A stretch of 32,000 nt of DNA, from the NCBI RefSeq assembly GCF_000009965.1, contig NC_006624.1, forward strand, positions 690,001 to 722,000, in the 5' to 3' direction. The notes beneath the pieces are model-generated. The model did not search any database, was not told the DNA's origin, and saw only the letters and a list, made by a program, of their open reading frames with translations. Shown here one piece after another: positions 1 through 7,815 of the stretch; position 1 is the first letter of the stretch; each line of letters opens with the position of its first letter. Source of the DNA: Thermococcus kodakarensis KOD1 (GTDB taxonomy: Archaea; Methanobacteriota_B; Thermococci; Thermococcales; Thermococcaceae). A program made the position numbers and the translations under genes.

Positions 1-36
1 TACAAGATAGCCAAGGTCATGAGGAAGAAGGAGTGA
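1..36 (+). CDS. 3' end of an unidentified upstream gene (partial)
   Basis: Frame 1 reads ...YKIAKVMRKKE, then TGA at 34-36. A T-rich tract follows (gtcttattttccattttct), typical of archaeal termination. Too short to identify. Confidence 0.25.
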   Translation, partial: YKIAKVMRKKE

Positions 37-66
37 GTCTTATTTTCCATTTTCTCTGAGAATTCT

Positions 67-333
67 TTAGGAATAAACGTTCCCCCTTTTTCCTACCTTC
101 AGGATCATCACAATTCGCTCTTCTTTGTTATACTCAAATATTACCCGATACTCTCCAACCCGGAGTCTGTAGACATTGTCGTATCCTTTCAGTTTTTGGA
201 CGTCAAGCTTTACGAGCGGAAAGAAAGCGAGTTTGGAGATTCTGTCTTTTATAATGTCCCTCTGACTTTCGGGGACATTCTTGAGTTCCTTGAGGGCTCT
301 TTTGCTTATGAGAATTCTGTTCTCAAAGCTCAT
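67..333 (-). CDS. relE: Type II toxin, RelE/ParE family (archaeal aRelE-like)
   Basis: 88-aa product from the internal ATG at 331-333 (MSFENRILISKRALKELKNVP...YRLRVGEYRVIFEYNKEERIVMILKVGKRGNVYS). The C-terminal G-x-YRVI-[FY]...I-x-IL-K-V-x-x-RG-x-x-Y pattern is the RelE/ParE hallmark. The ORF-track start at 420 would read through the antitoxin gene. There is an 11-nt overlap with the upstream small acidic ORF. Confidence 0.75.
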   Translation of the reverse strand: MSFENRILISKRALKELKNVPESQRDIIKDRISKLAFFPLVKLDVQKLKGYDNVYRLRVGEYRVIFEYNKEERIVMILKVGKRGNVYS

Positions 334-520
334 CCTTGACCACGTCCCATTCCATAAACTCGTCCTTTCTGCGCTTTTGAATTTCCTTAATCTCCCATTC
401 CTCTGGCTCGGACTCTTCAATGAGCTGAAGGTTTACTTCTATGAGCTCTTTGAGGAACTTCTCTATCTCGTCTATCTTCCTCTGTATCTCAACCAGAGTA
501 ACGCTCACAGTTCTCACCAC
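323..520 (-). CDS. relB: Putative antitoxin (archaeal RelB-like small acidic helical protein)
   Basis: 65-aa, highly acidic, helical-looking ORF (…EIQRKIDEIEKFLKELIEVNLQLIEESEPEEWEIKE…) directly upstream of the RelE-like gene and overlapping it. GTG start at 518-520 lies about 26 nt downstream of an AT-rich TATA-like box (541-553), suggesting a leaderless transcript. Confidence 0.6.
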   Translation of the reverse strand: MVRTVSVTLVEIQRKIDEIEKFLKELIEVNLQLIEESEPEEWEIKEIQKRRKDEFMEWDVVKDEL

Positions 521-540
521 AAAAAGATTTGTAAAAGGAC

Positions 541-553
541 AAATTAAATTTTC
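541..553 (-). promoter_or_regulatory. TATA-like box for the relBE pair
   Basis: Minus strand reads AAAATTTAATTTG in the 36-nt gap between the mptA stop (557) and the antitoxin start (520). Spacing to the GTG fits archaeal TATA-to-TSS distance (about 25 nt). Confidence 0.4.
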
Positions 554-556
554 CCT

Positions 557-1360
557 TCAGCTCCACGTCTCCGCTATGACGTCGTGCTTGTGGATGCTCT
601 CGTTGCTGATGACCCTCACGTGGATTCTGCCCCTGAAGCGCTCCTTGGCCTTTGCGAATATCTCCCTGGCCACGTCCTCGACGAACTTCGGGTTGGCGAA
701 CATTCCCTGGACGACGGCGTTCTCGTCCACAGTCTTTAGGAGCGTATAGGTCGGGTGGCTGAAGGAGCTTTCGACGACGTCTATCATCTCCTCAAGTGGA
801 ATCTCTTCCTCAAAGGGTGCCCTTATCTCCAGCTCGCCGATGGCCCTCTGGATGTGGGTCTTGCCGTTGTTGTTCGCCATGGCGTGCGGACAGGCCGTGT
901 TTCCTATCACCCTCACCCTGAGAACCTTCTCGAAGGAGCCGTCCTCATTCTTTATGACGCCGACCTCGACGTCGTAGGGTTCGTAGCTGGTCTTTTTACT
1001 GGCCGGAGTGGTTCTCGGAATTATCAGGTGCGTCTTGATCCAGACCTCAGCTCTCTTATGCGGGTGTTTTCCTTCGAGCCTCTCTATGACGGACTTTCCA
1101 AGCTCCTCTAGGGAGCTGTGGACTTTTGCCACTTCCTCCTCGACAGCTTCGCTCATGGCTTCTGTTATGCTCTCCACGAGCCTGCTCATGTGGATGCCCT
1201 TCTTCTCGGCCGGCACGTCTATGGTTACCTCTATGAGCGGAAGGAATGTGTACTCCCTTCCCTTCCAGTTTATCTTGGCGACCGTCCTTAGGTTCGTTAT
1301 GCCGACCCTTCTTAGAGGCTCTCTGATTTCGGGAACTTCTTCCTGTGTCTCGACGAACAT
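557..1360 (-). CDS. mptA: GTP cyclohydrolase MptA (FolE2/GTP cyclohydrolase IV family)
   Basis: 267-aa product with the FolE2/MptA-type layout (…[10 protein letters not shown]…, …[23 protein letters not shown]…, …[10 protein letters not shown]…), as I recognise from archaeal methanopterin/folate-type pterin biosynthesis enzymes. Confidence 0.85.
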   Translation of the reverse strand: MFVETQEEVPEIREPLRRVGITNLRTVAKINWKGREYTFLPLIEVTIDVPAEKKGIHMSRLVESITEAMSEAVEEEVAKVHSSLEELGKSVIERLEGKHPHKRAEVWIKTHLIIPRTTPASKKTSYEPYDVEVGVIKNEDGSFEKVLRVRVIGNTACPHAMANNNGKTHIQRAIGELEIRAPFEEEIPLEEMIDVVESSFSHPTYTLLKTVDENAVVQGMFANPKFVEDVAREIFAKAKERFRGRIHVRVISNESIHKHDVIAETWS

Positions 1361-1388
1361 TCTCTCACCCGACTGGAGTAGGCCTGCG

Positions 1389-1400
1389 GGTTTTTAAACC
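1389..1400 (-). promoter_or_regulatory. TATA box for mptA, overlapping the mcrC stop codon
   Basis: Minus strand reads GGTTTAAAAACC, centred about 35 nt upstream of the mptA ATG (1360). A GGTGAG Shine-Dalgarno-like element lies in between. This is the only AT-rich element in the 33-nt mcrC-mptA gap. Confidence 0.4.
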
Positions 1401-2827
1401 TCTCCCGAAGAGCAGAGGCCGAGGATGAAAGACTTCAGGTTTTCGGCGGTGTCCTCATCGATAACTACCGAGTTCTTCCTCAGCAGGATTTCGTCCCCTA
1501 TCATCGAAAGCTCGTACCCGAAGACCCCCACCCTCGTCCCGTCGAAGAACTCAAAGGTATCCTCCGGGCGCGCGCTAAAGAGGTTTGGAATCCAGTGGTT
1601 GTAAATTCCCTCGAGCCGCGGGTAGACTAGGAGAACTGGAACTCTTTTTGCCCCCAAATACTCGCTGACAAGGCGGGAGTACGTGTAGGCCTGATAAAGC
1701 TCGTCGCTCTTCCTAACGAGTTTTCTATGGGCCCTATTCTCTCCTCTGTGATACACGTAGAGGTTTCTGTATTTTACCTCAACGACGCAGGTTCCTTCGT
1801 CGGTGCTGACCACTATGTCTGGAAGGGGGTTGCCCATCATGAAGAGTGCGCCAAATCTAGCCTCGATTTCGCCCGCGTTTTTTATGACGTGGGGCAGCTG
1901 AACCTGGAATCTCACCTCTGCTTCGTTGTCGAGGACGGTCTTCAGCGTCCTGTAAACGAGCGTCTCAAAAAGCTCATCCATCCTGATGAACACTCCTGGA
2001 AGGAACTTCCTCGAACCTCCCGCGGCCAGCCCGAAGTACATCACCCGTGCCAGCCTGAAGACCGTTCTGAACCTCTCGTTGAGGTGGTTGAAGGAAACTT
2101 TCCCGAAGTCGCCGGGTTTTGGGTCACCCACGTCCCTGAAGAGGTCGAGAAGTATTCCTCCGACTTTCCTCGTCTCACTCAGGCGGGCAGACTTTACGGC
2201 GACTTCCAGGGCACCCTTTAGAACCCTGTTGAGGGGATTGTCCTCAAGAAGGAGTGAGTACCTGACGGGCAGGTCGGCCTTCCATGCTGGCCTCCGGGCG
2301 AGTTCATTTACAAGGATTCTGCCGCGGACGGTCTGGGAGCTTTCCTCAATCTCCCCGTATTCGTAGTAGAGTCCTCTGGACAGCGCTCTGGAGAGCATGA
2401 GGACGTAGAGATACTTGAAAATTTCGTCCAGCGCCTTCTGCCTGCCGTATTCAAACACCAAGGCCCTAATTTCGCCCGGCTCAAGACCCATCTGGTAGTA
2501 CATATTGAAGAGCTGAAGGAAGAACAGCAGAGAGCGGCCGTCCTCCCTGTCGTACCTGAAGGGCTTTGGCAGTACCTGCACAAGCACAATCCCGTCATCG
2601 CCCAGGTAGTACGCAAACCCCACACTCCCATGGGTCTTCAGGTGGTATTCATCCCTTCTCGGATCGTAGGTGACTGTAAAGACCGGACTGTCGCCGCCGT
2701 AGAGAGAATTCACAGCCTCGGCGAACTTCATTAGTTCTCTTTCCCCTGTCTGAAGCCCGAGTTTCTTCAGTTCTGAGAGTGGCCTGTTCTCAAACTCGTA
2801 GAGGGTTACGACTCTGAAGTCCATCAT
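1394..2827 (-). CDS. mcrC: McrC-like endonuclease subunit of McrBC restriction system
   Basis: 477 aa. The start overlaps the mcrB stop (ATGATGA at 2822-2828 on the minus strand). The C-terminal PD-(D/E)xK-type motif is …LPDIVVSTDEGTCVVEVKYRN… Position immediately downstream of an McrB-type GTPase is the canonical McrBC arrangement. Confidence 0.8.
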   Translation of the reverse strand: MMDFRVVTLYEFENRPLSELKKLGLQTGERELMKFAEAVNSLYGGDSPVFTVTYDPRRDEYHLKTHGSVGFAYYLGDDGIVLVQVLPKPFRYDREDGRSLLFFLQLFNMYYQMGLEPGEIRALVFEYGRQKALDEIFKYLYVLMLSRALSRGLYYEYGEIEESSQTVRGRILVNELARRPAWKADLPVRYSLLLEDNPLNRVLKGALEVAVKSARLSETRKVGGILLDLFRDVGDPKPGDFGKVSFNHLNERFRTVFRLARVMYFGLAAGGSRKFLPGVFIRMDELFETLVYRTLKTVLDNEAEVRFQVQLPHVIKNAGEIEARFGALFMMGNPLPDIVVSTDEGTCVVEVKYRNLYVYHRGENRAHRKLVRKSDELYQAYTYSRLVSEYLGAKRVPVLLVYPRLEGIYNHWIPNLFSARPEDTFEFFDGTRVGVFGYELSMIGDEILLRKNSVVIDEDTAENLKSFILGLCSSGEV

Positions 2828-4953
2828 TTCTCTGTCACCAGCTTGCGGAGGGCTTCAATGAACTCGTCGTCGTCCATCTCGATTATACGCCCTTTCTCGT
2901 CTATGAACCCGAACCCCGGCAGGGAGCGCCTTATTGCCTCCCAGTTGCCGTAGAAGTATTCCTGGAGAAGAGGGAGTATCTTGTAGTAGAAGACGTCCTT
3001 GAGTGCCTTTGCCCTCTCCTCCGGCTTAGCCTTTATGACCTCCCTGAAGTAGCCGTGGCCTATCGTGTAGTCCTTCCCGCGCTCTTCCTCGATAACCCTG
3101 TTGAGCGTCGAGAGGAGGTGCTGAAGGTTTACACCGCCGACTTCGATATCCCCGAGCTCCTCAGGGCGGGGCAGTATCTCAAGGAACGCAAAGCGCCTCC
3201 TGAGGGCCATGTCAAGGAAAGCTATGCTCCTGTCCGTGGAGTTCATTGTCCCGATTATGTAGAGGTTGGGGGGAAGGGCGAAGGGCTCTCTGGAATACGG
3301 CAGGGTTATTTTTGTCTCGTACTCCATTCCGAGCCTTTTATCGGGATCGAGTAGGGTTATGACCTCACCGAGGATCCTTGAGATGTTTCCTCTGTTTATC
3401 TCATCTATTATTAGGTAGAACTTCCCGCGGGGTTTGAACTCGCCTTTTCCTGTTTGAAGGTATTCAAGGACGGCTTCCTTTTTCTTCTTGTAATCGGCCT
3501 CTCCCTCGTCCGGGTGGAGGCCGCGGAAAATCGCCTCGACTGCAAGCCTCTTTAAAATGCCGTCCTCAACGACATAGAGCAGTTTGCCCTCCTTTTCAAC
3601 GGGCCTAAAACCTTCAACGAAGTCCTCATAGCTGTACGACTGGTGGAACGTAACGACCTCAACCTTATCGGCATCTCTTGAGAGATCCAGGGCAAGCTTC
3701 GTTTTTCCGGTTCCAGGGGGTCCGTAGAGGATTACGCCGCCGAACCTTCTGAGAACCTCTTCGAGCTGGGTGAACTGGTCGTAAGTAATGTCCCCCTCCC
3801 CAGGGGCGGCCTGCGTGGAGACGTAAGAGTATAGATAGTTCGAATCCGGGCGAACGTAATAGTAGAACCTGCCGCTGGCGCTTACTTTTCCAGAGGATTT
3901 GCCCAGAACGAGAACGTCTCCGCTCCTAGATATTCCCGAGAACTTTGGGTCAAAGGCTTCTGGGTTGTACCTGCCGAAGACTGTTCTGTCCACAATGTCA
4001 TCCAGTTTTAGAGAGCCCTTTTGAAGGAGGTCTTCGTACGTGACAAAGCCCCCGTACAGATAGCCCCTGAACTGGCCTATAAGCAGGAAAAGGCCCTTTT
4101 CGGTGAACTTCGTGAACACGAGCTCTCCCGGCAGGGGAATTATCCGCGCTTTCTTGGATGTGAGGATGTAGAGCTCCTTCCCGAGCTTCGTCCCGAGGAC
4201 CGCTATTGGCTCGTTGTCCCTCAGTACGATGTCCCCTATTGCGCCTTTTGTCGGGGGCGCTGGGGAATGGGCCGAAATCGTCTCTACTCCGTCCCAGAAT
4301 TCAATCGGCGAATAATATGGGTGAGGCGGATAGTTTATCCTCCCTATCCTGAGGGTGGGGTTTTTCATCCCGGGCTCTTTGAAGGTGTGGAGTATGTAGA
4401 TTTCATCGTCGGTGTCATGGATGGCATGGAAAAAGGCGTAGCCTCCCTGAAGGCGAGGTATGAAGACTGTCTCAAGGTCGGCGGGGGCACTGAAGTCGAG
4501 TCTCATGTCGCCAAAAATAACCACCCTCTCCATGTTGGTCAGGCTCACGTAGATGGGAAGCCTTGAGAAAGTTACCCTTAGGGCGTGCTCTTTTGGGTTT
4601 TCATCCTGAAACGGATAGAGTGCTATTTCCCCAGTACCGCACTTCATAAATACAGCCACGTTTTCAACGCCCGGAAAAACGACAACGTCCTCCTGGCAGG
4701 GAATCCCAACCCCACTCTTCCACCCCAGAAGCGGGTTCCCCTTCGTATCAAAGATGTGGAGAAACCTGGAGTCGTAGTCGTCCCTTATGAGTACCGAGAG
4801 GTATTCCCCGTTCTCTGAAATTCTCATGTCCTCTATAACGTAATCAACGTTGCTGCCCTCGTATTCTTCCCTGAGGCTTTCAGCTATTTTTTCCAGAGCG
4901 TTTTCGGAAATCTCAAATCTGCCCACGTGAACCACCGAGGTAATGTGGGGCAA
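2824..4953 (-). CDS. mcrB: McrB-family AAA+ GTPase with long non-canonical N-terminal domain
   Basis: C-terminal half has Walker A LYGPPGTGKT, Walker B/McrB signature LIIDEINRGNISRILGEVITLLD, and IGTMNSTDRSIAFLDMALRRRF (compare E. coli McrB MNTADRS…ALRRRF). The maximal ORF starts at TTG 4953. GTG at 4935 is more likely because it lies about 26 nt downstream of TATA 4957-4966 (leaderless). Confidence 0.85.
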   Translation of the reverse strand: MPHITSVVHVGRFEISENALEKIAESLREEYEGSNVDYVIEDMRISENGEYLSVLIRDDYDSRFLHIFDTKGNPLLGWKSGVGIPCQEDVVVFPGVENVAVFMKCGTGEIALYPFQDENPKEHALRVTFSRLPIYVSLTNMERVVIFGDMRLDFSAPADLETVFIPRLQGGYAFFHAIHDTDDEIYILHTFKEPGMKNPTLRIGRINYPPHPYYSPIEFWDGVETISAHSPAPPTKGAIGDIVLRDNEPIAVLGTKLGKELYILTSKKARIIPLPGELVFTKFTEKGLFLLIGQFRGYLYGGFVTYEDLLQKGSLKLDDIVDRTVFGRYNPEAFDPKFSGISRSGDVLVLGKSSGKVSASGRFYYYVRPDSNYLYSYVSTQAAPGEGDITYDQFTQLEEVLRRFGGVILYGPPGTGKTKLALDLSRDADKVEVVTFHQSYSYEDFVEGFRPVEKEGKLLYVVEDGILKRLAVEAIFRGLHPDEGEADYKKKKEAVLEYLQTGKGEFKPRGKFYLIIDEINRGNISRILGEVITLLDPDKRLGMEYETKITLPYSREPFALPPNLYIIGTMNSTDRSIAFLDMALRRRFAFLEILPRPEELGDIEVGGVNLQHLLSTLNRVIEEERGKDYTIGHGYFREVIKAKPEERAKALKDVFYYKILPLLQEYFYGNWEAIRRSLPGFGFIDEKGRIIEMDDDEFIEALRKLVTEK

Positions 4954-4956
4954 CTC

Positions 4957-4966
4957 CTATATAACC
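4957..4966 (-). promoter_or_regulatory. TATA box for mcrBC
   Basis: Minus strand reads GGTTATATAG in the 39-nt gap after the upstream gene's stop (4993). Distance to GTG 4935 fits a leaderless mRNA. Confidence 0.45.
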
Positions 4967-4992
4967 ATAACTGCCCTCAGTGGTTTGGAAAA

Positions 4993-5412
4993 TCACTCCC
5001 CTCGAAAAGAAGAGTAAGAAGTGGTGTACAAATTTGCCAGGTAGTAGACAGTCCTCAGAGGTATTCCGAGCTTTCTGCTGATCTCTTTCATAGGCACGCC
5101 CTTCCGGGCCAATTCAACGACCTGTTTTATCGTTTTCTCATCGTACTTCTTTGGCCTGCCCCTCGGATAGCTCTCTGGCAAAAGCTCCACCCCAAGCTGA
5201 TTCAGGGCCATGATGACTTTTTGAGACACCTTAGGGTAAAGGCTTGGCGGACACGTGATTTTCCTGACGTTCGGCGAGCGCTCTAGGATTTTGACGACTA
5301 CCTCCTTTGTTGGTCGGAGGTTCACATAGACCTCACTCACATCCTCGTTCAGAACCTCGTCCAGCTTCCTGATGAGTTCCGAATATGTCTTCGCCTTTAC
5401 CCTGACCTTCAT
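4993..5412 (-). CDS. Small DNA-binding protein with C-terminal resolvase/Hin-type HTH (resembles archaeal DUF1699 family)
   Basis: 139 aa. The C-terminus RGRPKKYDEKTIKQVVELARKGVPMKEISRKLGIPLRTVYYL is a textbook GRPxx…HTH_7-type motif. SD GGGGTGA lies 5 nt upstream of the ATG. Only 4 nt separate it from the preceding 414-aa ORF. The DUF1699 assignment is from memory. Confidence 0.7.
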   Translation of the reverse strand: MKVRVKAKTYSELIRKLDEVLNEDVSEVYVNLRPTKEVVVKILERSPNVRKITCPPSLYPKVSQKVIMALNQLGVELLPESYPRGRPKKYDEKTIKQVVELARKGVPMKEISRKLGIPLRTVYYLANLYTTSYSSFRGE

Positions 5413-5416
5413 TCAA

Positions 5417-6661
5417 TCACCCCTGGAGCAGGGCGAGGAACTGCTTGGCTTTGTCGCTCTTCGGCATGAACTTGTCAAACTTCTTCGCCTCTTCCTTGGT
5501 GAACAGGACGTTTGCAAGGCCCGATATCACGAACTTCTTCATGGCCTCGGTAAGCTCGTCCTCGGGAATTCCCAGTATTTCGGCAACCTTCTTCTCGTCG
5601 TAGTTGCTTATGCCGTAGAGTAGAACTCCTCCGAGGAGGTAGTTAGGAACCCCGCTGAGGTCCTTCTTCCTTCCAACGAGCTGTTCCTCCATCTCGCACT
5701 TTCTTATGATGTAGAGGCTTCCCTGGCCTGTTTTGAAGTTTGGATCCCACCTAAAGGGCAGGTCGAGGATTGAGTAGTGGCAGTCGAGACAGCTCTTTAT
5801 CCCCGGGAAAACTCCGAGGGTTTCCCTGTCCGCTGGCGACGTGAGGAAGTAGTAGCGGAATATGTCGAGTCCCAGCAGTTCGGCGCCCTTTTCGGGATTA
5901 AATGAGGCATAGGCCAGTGCCAGGTTGTCCACCGTGTAGTGGTTGTTTATGAGGACGCCCCTTGTCTTCACGAGGCTGAGAACCCTCCAGCGGAAGCGCC
6001 TTCCGAACTGCTTCCTCAGCTCGGCCTCGATGTCTGCATCGGCGGGAAGGCTGACGTGGGCCTTTTTCAGGCGGTTGTTCTCAAAGTACTCCACCTCAAG
6101 CCTTATGCTCCTGGTTTTAACCATTCCCTGTTCCCTGAGCCTGCCCTTGATCTCCTTGAAGGCGTCCCTCACGGAGAGGCTCTCCCTGGCGAGGAGCTTG
6201 AGGACGTCTCCCGAGTACGCCAGGTAAGGCAGTATCTCCACTCTCCCGATGCTGTAGGGCTTTCTGGTGGCCTTCACCTTCTCGTCCTTTATCTCGGTCG
6301 CCTTTATCTCACTGCTCCCCCTCTTGAAGGTGTAGTTGGCGTCGAGAATAGCTAACGCGATTTTGTGGGCCGTTATCGCCGAGCGGAGCCTCTCCAGGGC
6401 GAGCGTCCTGTAGTGCCTCTTTCTGTAGAGCCACTGGAGGTGTGGATCGCGGTTTTTCCTGTCTCCCATCGGTACGGAGGGGCCTCCCTCACCAACTCTG
6501 CGCTCAAGCTCCTCCTCAAGCTCCTCAAGGAGGGAAAGGTTGCGGTTTAGAGTCAGGGCTAACCTGACGGGGTCAAAGTCCTGGAAGAGCTCGCCCAGGT
6601 CTATGCCTATATCGTCCAGTATCTTGTTGACCTGGGCGACGAGTTCTTCCGTCGTCGTCAT
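5417..6661 (-). CDS. Uncharacterised 414-aa protein translationally coupled to top6A
   Basis: ATG overlaps the top6A stop (ATGA at 6658-6661). Native-like codon usage. N-terminal acidic coiled-coil-like segment ([12 protein letters not shown]), a CxxCH…C cluster ([10 protein letters not shown]…RKCEME), and a C-terminal HTH-like segment ([23 protein letters not shown]). I recognise no catalytic motif. Confidence 0.8.
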
Positions 6662-7815
6662 GGCAGGAGATCACCGTTGTTTATCTTTTCTGGGAGATAC
6701 TCCTTCGCGACGAACTCGAGGGACTTGTTGGCTAAAGCCTGCTGTTCAATCCTCACTCCCCACTTGAGGGCGAGCTGGAGCTGTCTCTGCCACTCCTTGT
6801 TCTGGAACCAGGGGTAGTTCATCTCCTCGAGGATTCTCTTGTAGTCTCCCGTTGGGCCGCCCTTCTTGTTCGGTGGAATGCCCTTGAGCTTCTCGGTGAC
6901 GTTCTCAAGGCCGTACTTCTTGATGTCGTCCATGGTCATGCCCACGAACTTCGATTCAGGAGTTGCCAGCTTGTCGCTGAGGTAGGCGAGGTTGATCGAA
7001 CCCTGCTTTATGGTCGAGTATATGTACCAACCGTAGGGGTCGCCATCGGTGAAGACAATGATGGGCAACCCTTCCTCGTAGTGGAGCCTGTGGATCAAAC
7101 GCCTAACCCCACGCGAGGCCTGTCCCTGGGTGGCTATGATGAGGGCGTTCTCCCTCTTCGGGAACTTTTCCTCGATGAGACGGTCGGCCATAGCCGCTGT
7201 CTCGACGACTAAGGCGTAGTCAACGTTTATCTCCGGGAACTGGATGTGCTCCACCGTTCCTGGAACGGCCCATCCACCGCTTCCGAGCCTGCTCGCGTTG
7301 AACTCGTCTTCCCCATCGCGGATGACGATGTCGCCGTAGATGTAACCGCGCCTATCGGCGGTTATGTGCATCTCCTCTCTCAAAACGCCGAACATTCTCT
7401 CAAGGTCTTCGATGATCGGGTCGCTCTCGCTCTGGTCTTCGAAGGTGTTCTCCCTCGTTCCCGGAATGGTGTGCTTGTTGGCGTAGTAGGCTTCACGAAG
7501 GCTCGCGTGCTTGCCCTCGCTCACGAGCCTCTTCACGTAGGCCATTATGAGGAGCGTCTGCATGAACTTTCTCGCATGGGCAACGTTGAGGAAGTAGCGC
7601 CTCGAGAGCTTGTCGCCCATCTTGATGAGCCTCGACTTTTCATCAAAGTATACGTTGCTCAGCCCGCGCATCGGGATGTCGAAGTGGGGGTTTTTGCCGG
7701 CTTTGATGTCCTCAAGGATCCTCCTTGCGTGCTCGTCGAGCATCTTCAGGACTTTCCTGGGGTCGTAGGAGAACTTCTCCTTGGGCCTCTCCCTCTGGAT
7801 TTTGCGCTTAGGCAT
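6658..7815 (-). CDS. top6A: DNA topoisomerase VI subunit A (Spo11 homologue)
   Basis: 385 aa. CAP/5Y region …[11 protein letters not shown]…, Toprim acidic residues …[11 protein letters not shown]… and …[13 protein letters not shown]…. 8-nt overlap with top6B. Confidence 0.95.

Noticed and set aside
4021-4566. 181-aa plus-strand ORF inside mcrB. Similar antisense ORFs occur at 1727-2221, 5939-6355, 7246-7878, 8441-8926, 9640-10299, 24468-25085, 25499-25939 and 29785-30285
   Set aside because: All are fully nested antisense to genes with strong family motifs. They lack SD or TATA signals and have atypical amino-acid composition (R/P/G/V/L rich). They are treated as shadow ORFs.
5210-5267. Possible C/D box sRNA (AUGAUGA at 5210-5216 … CUGA at 5264-5267, ~58 nt)
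   Set aside because: No acceptable D' or C' boxes lie at the required ~12-nt guide spacing. The only C'-like string (GTGATTT) lies 2 nt from the D box. The segment is inside a coding gene on the antisense strand.
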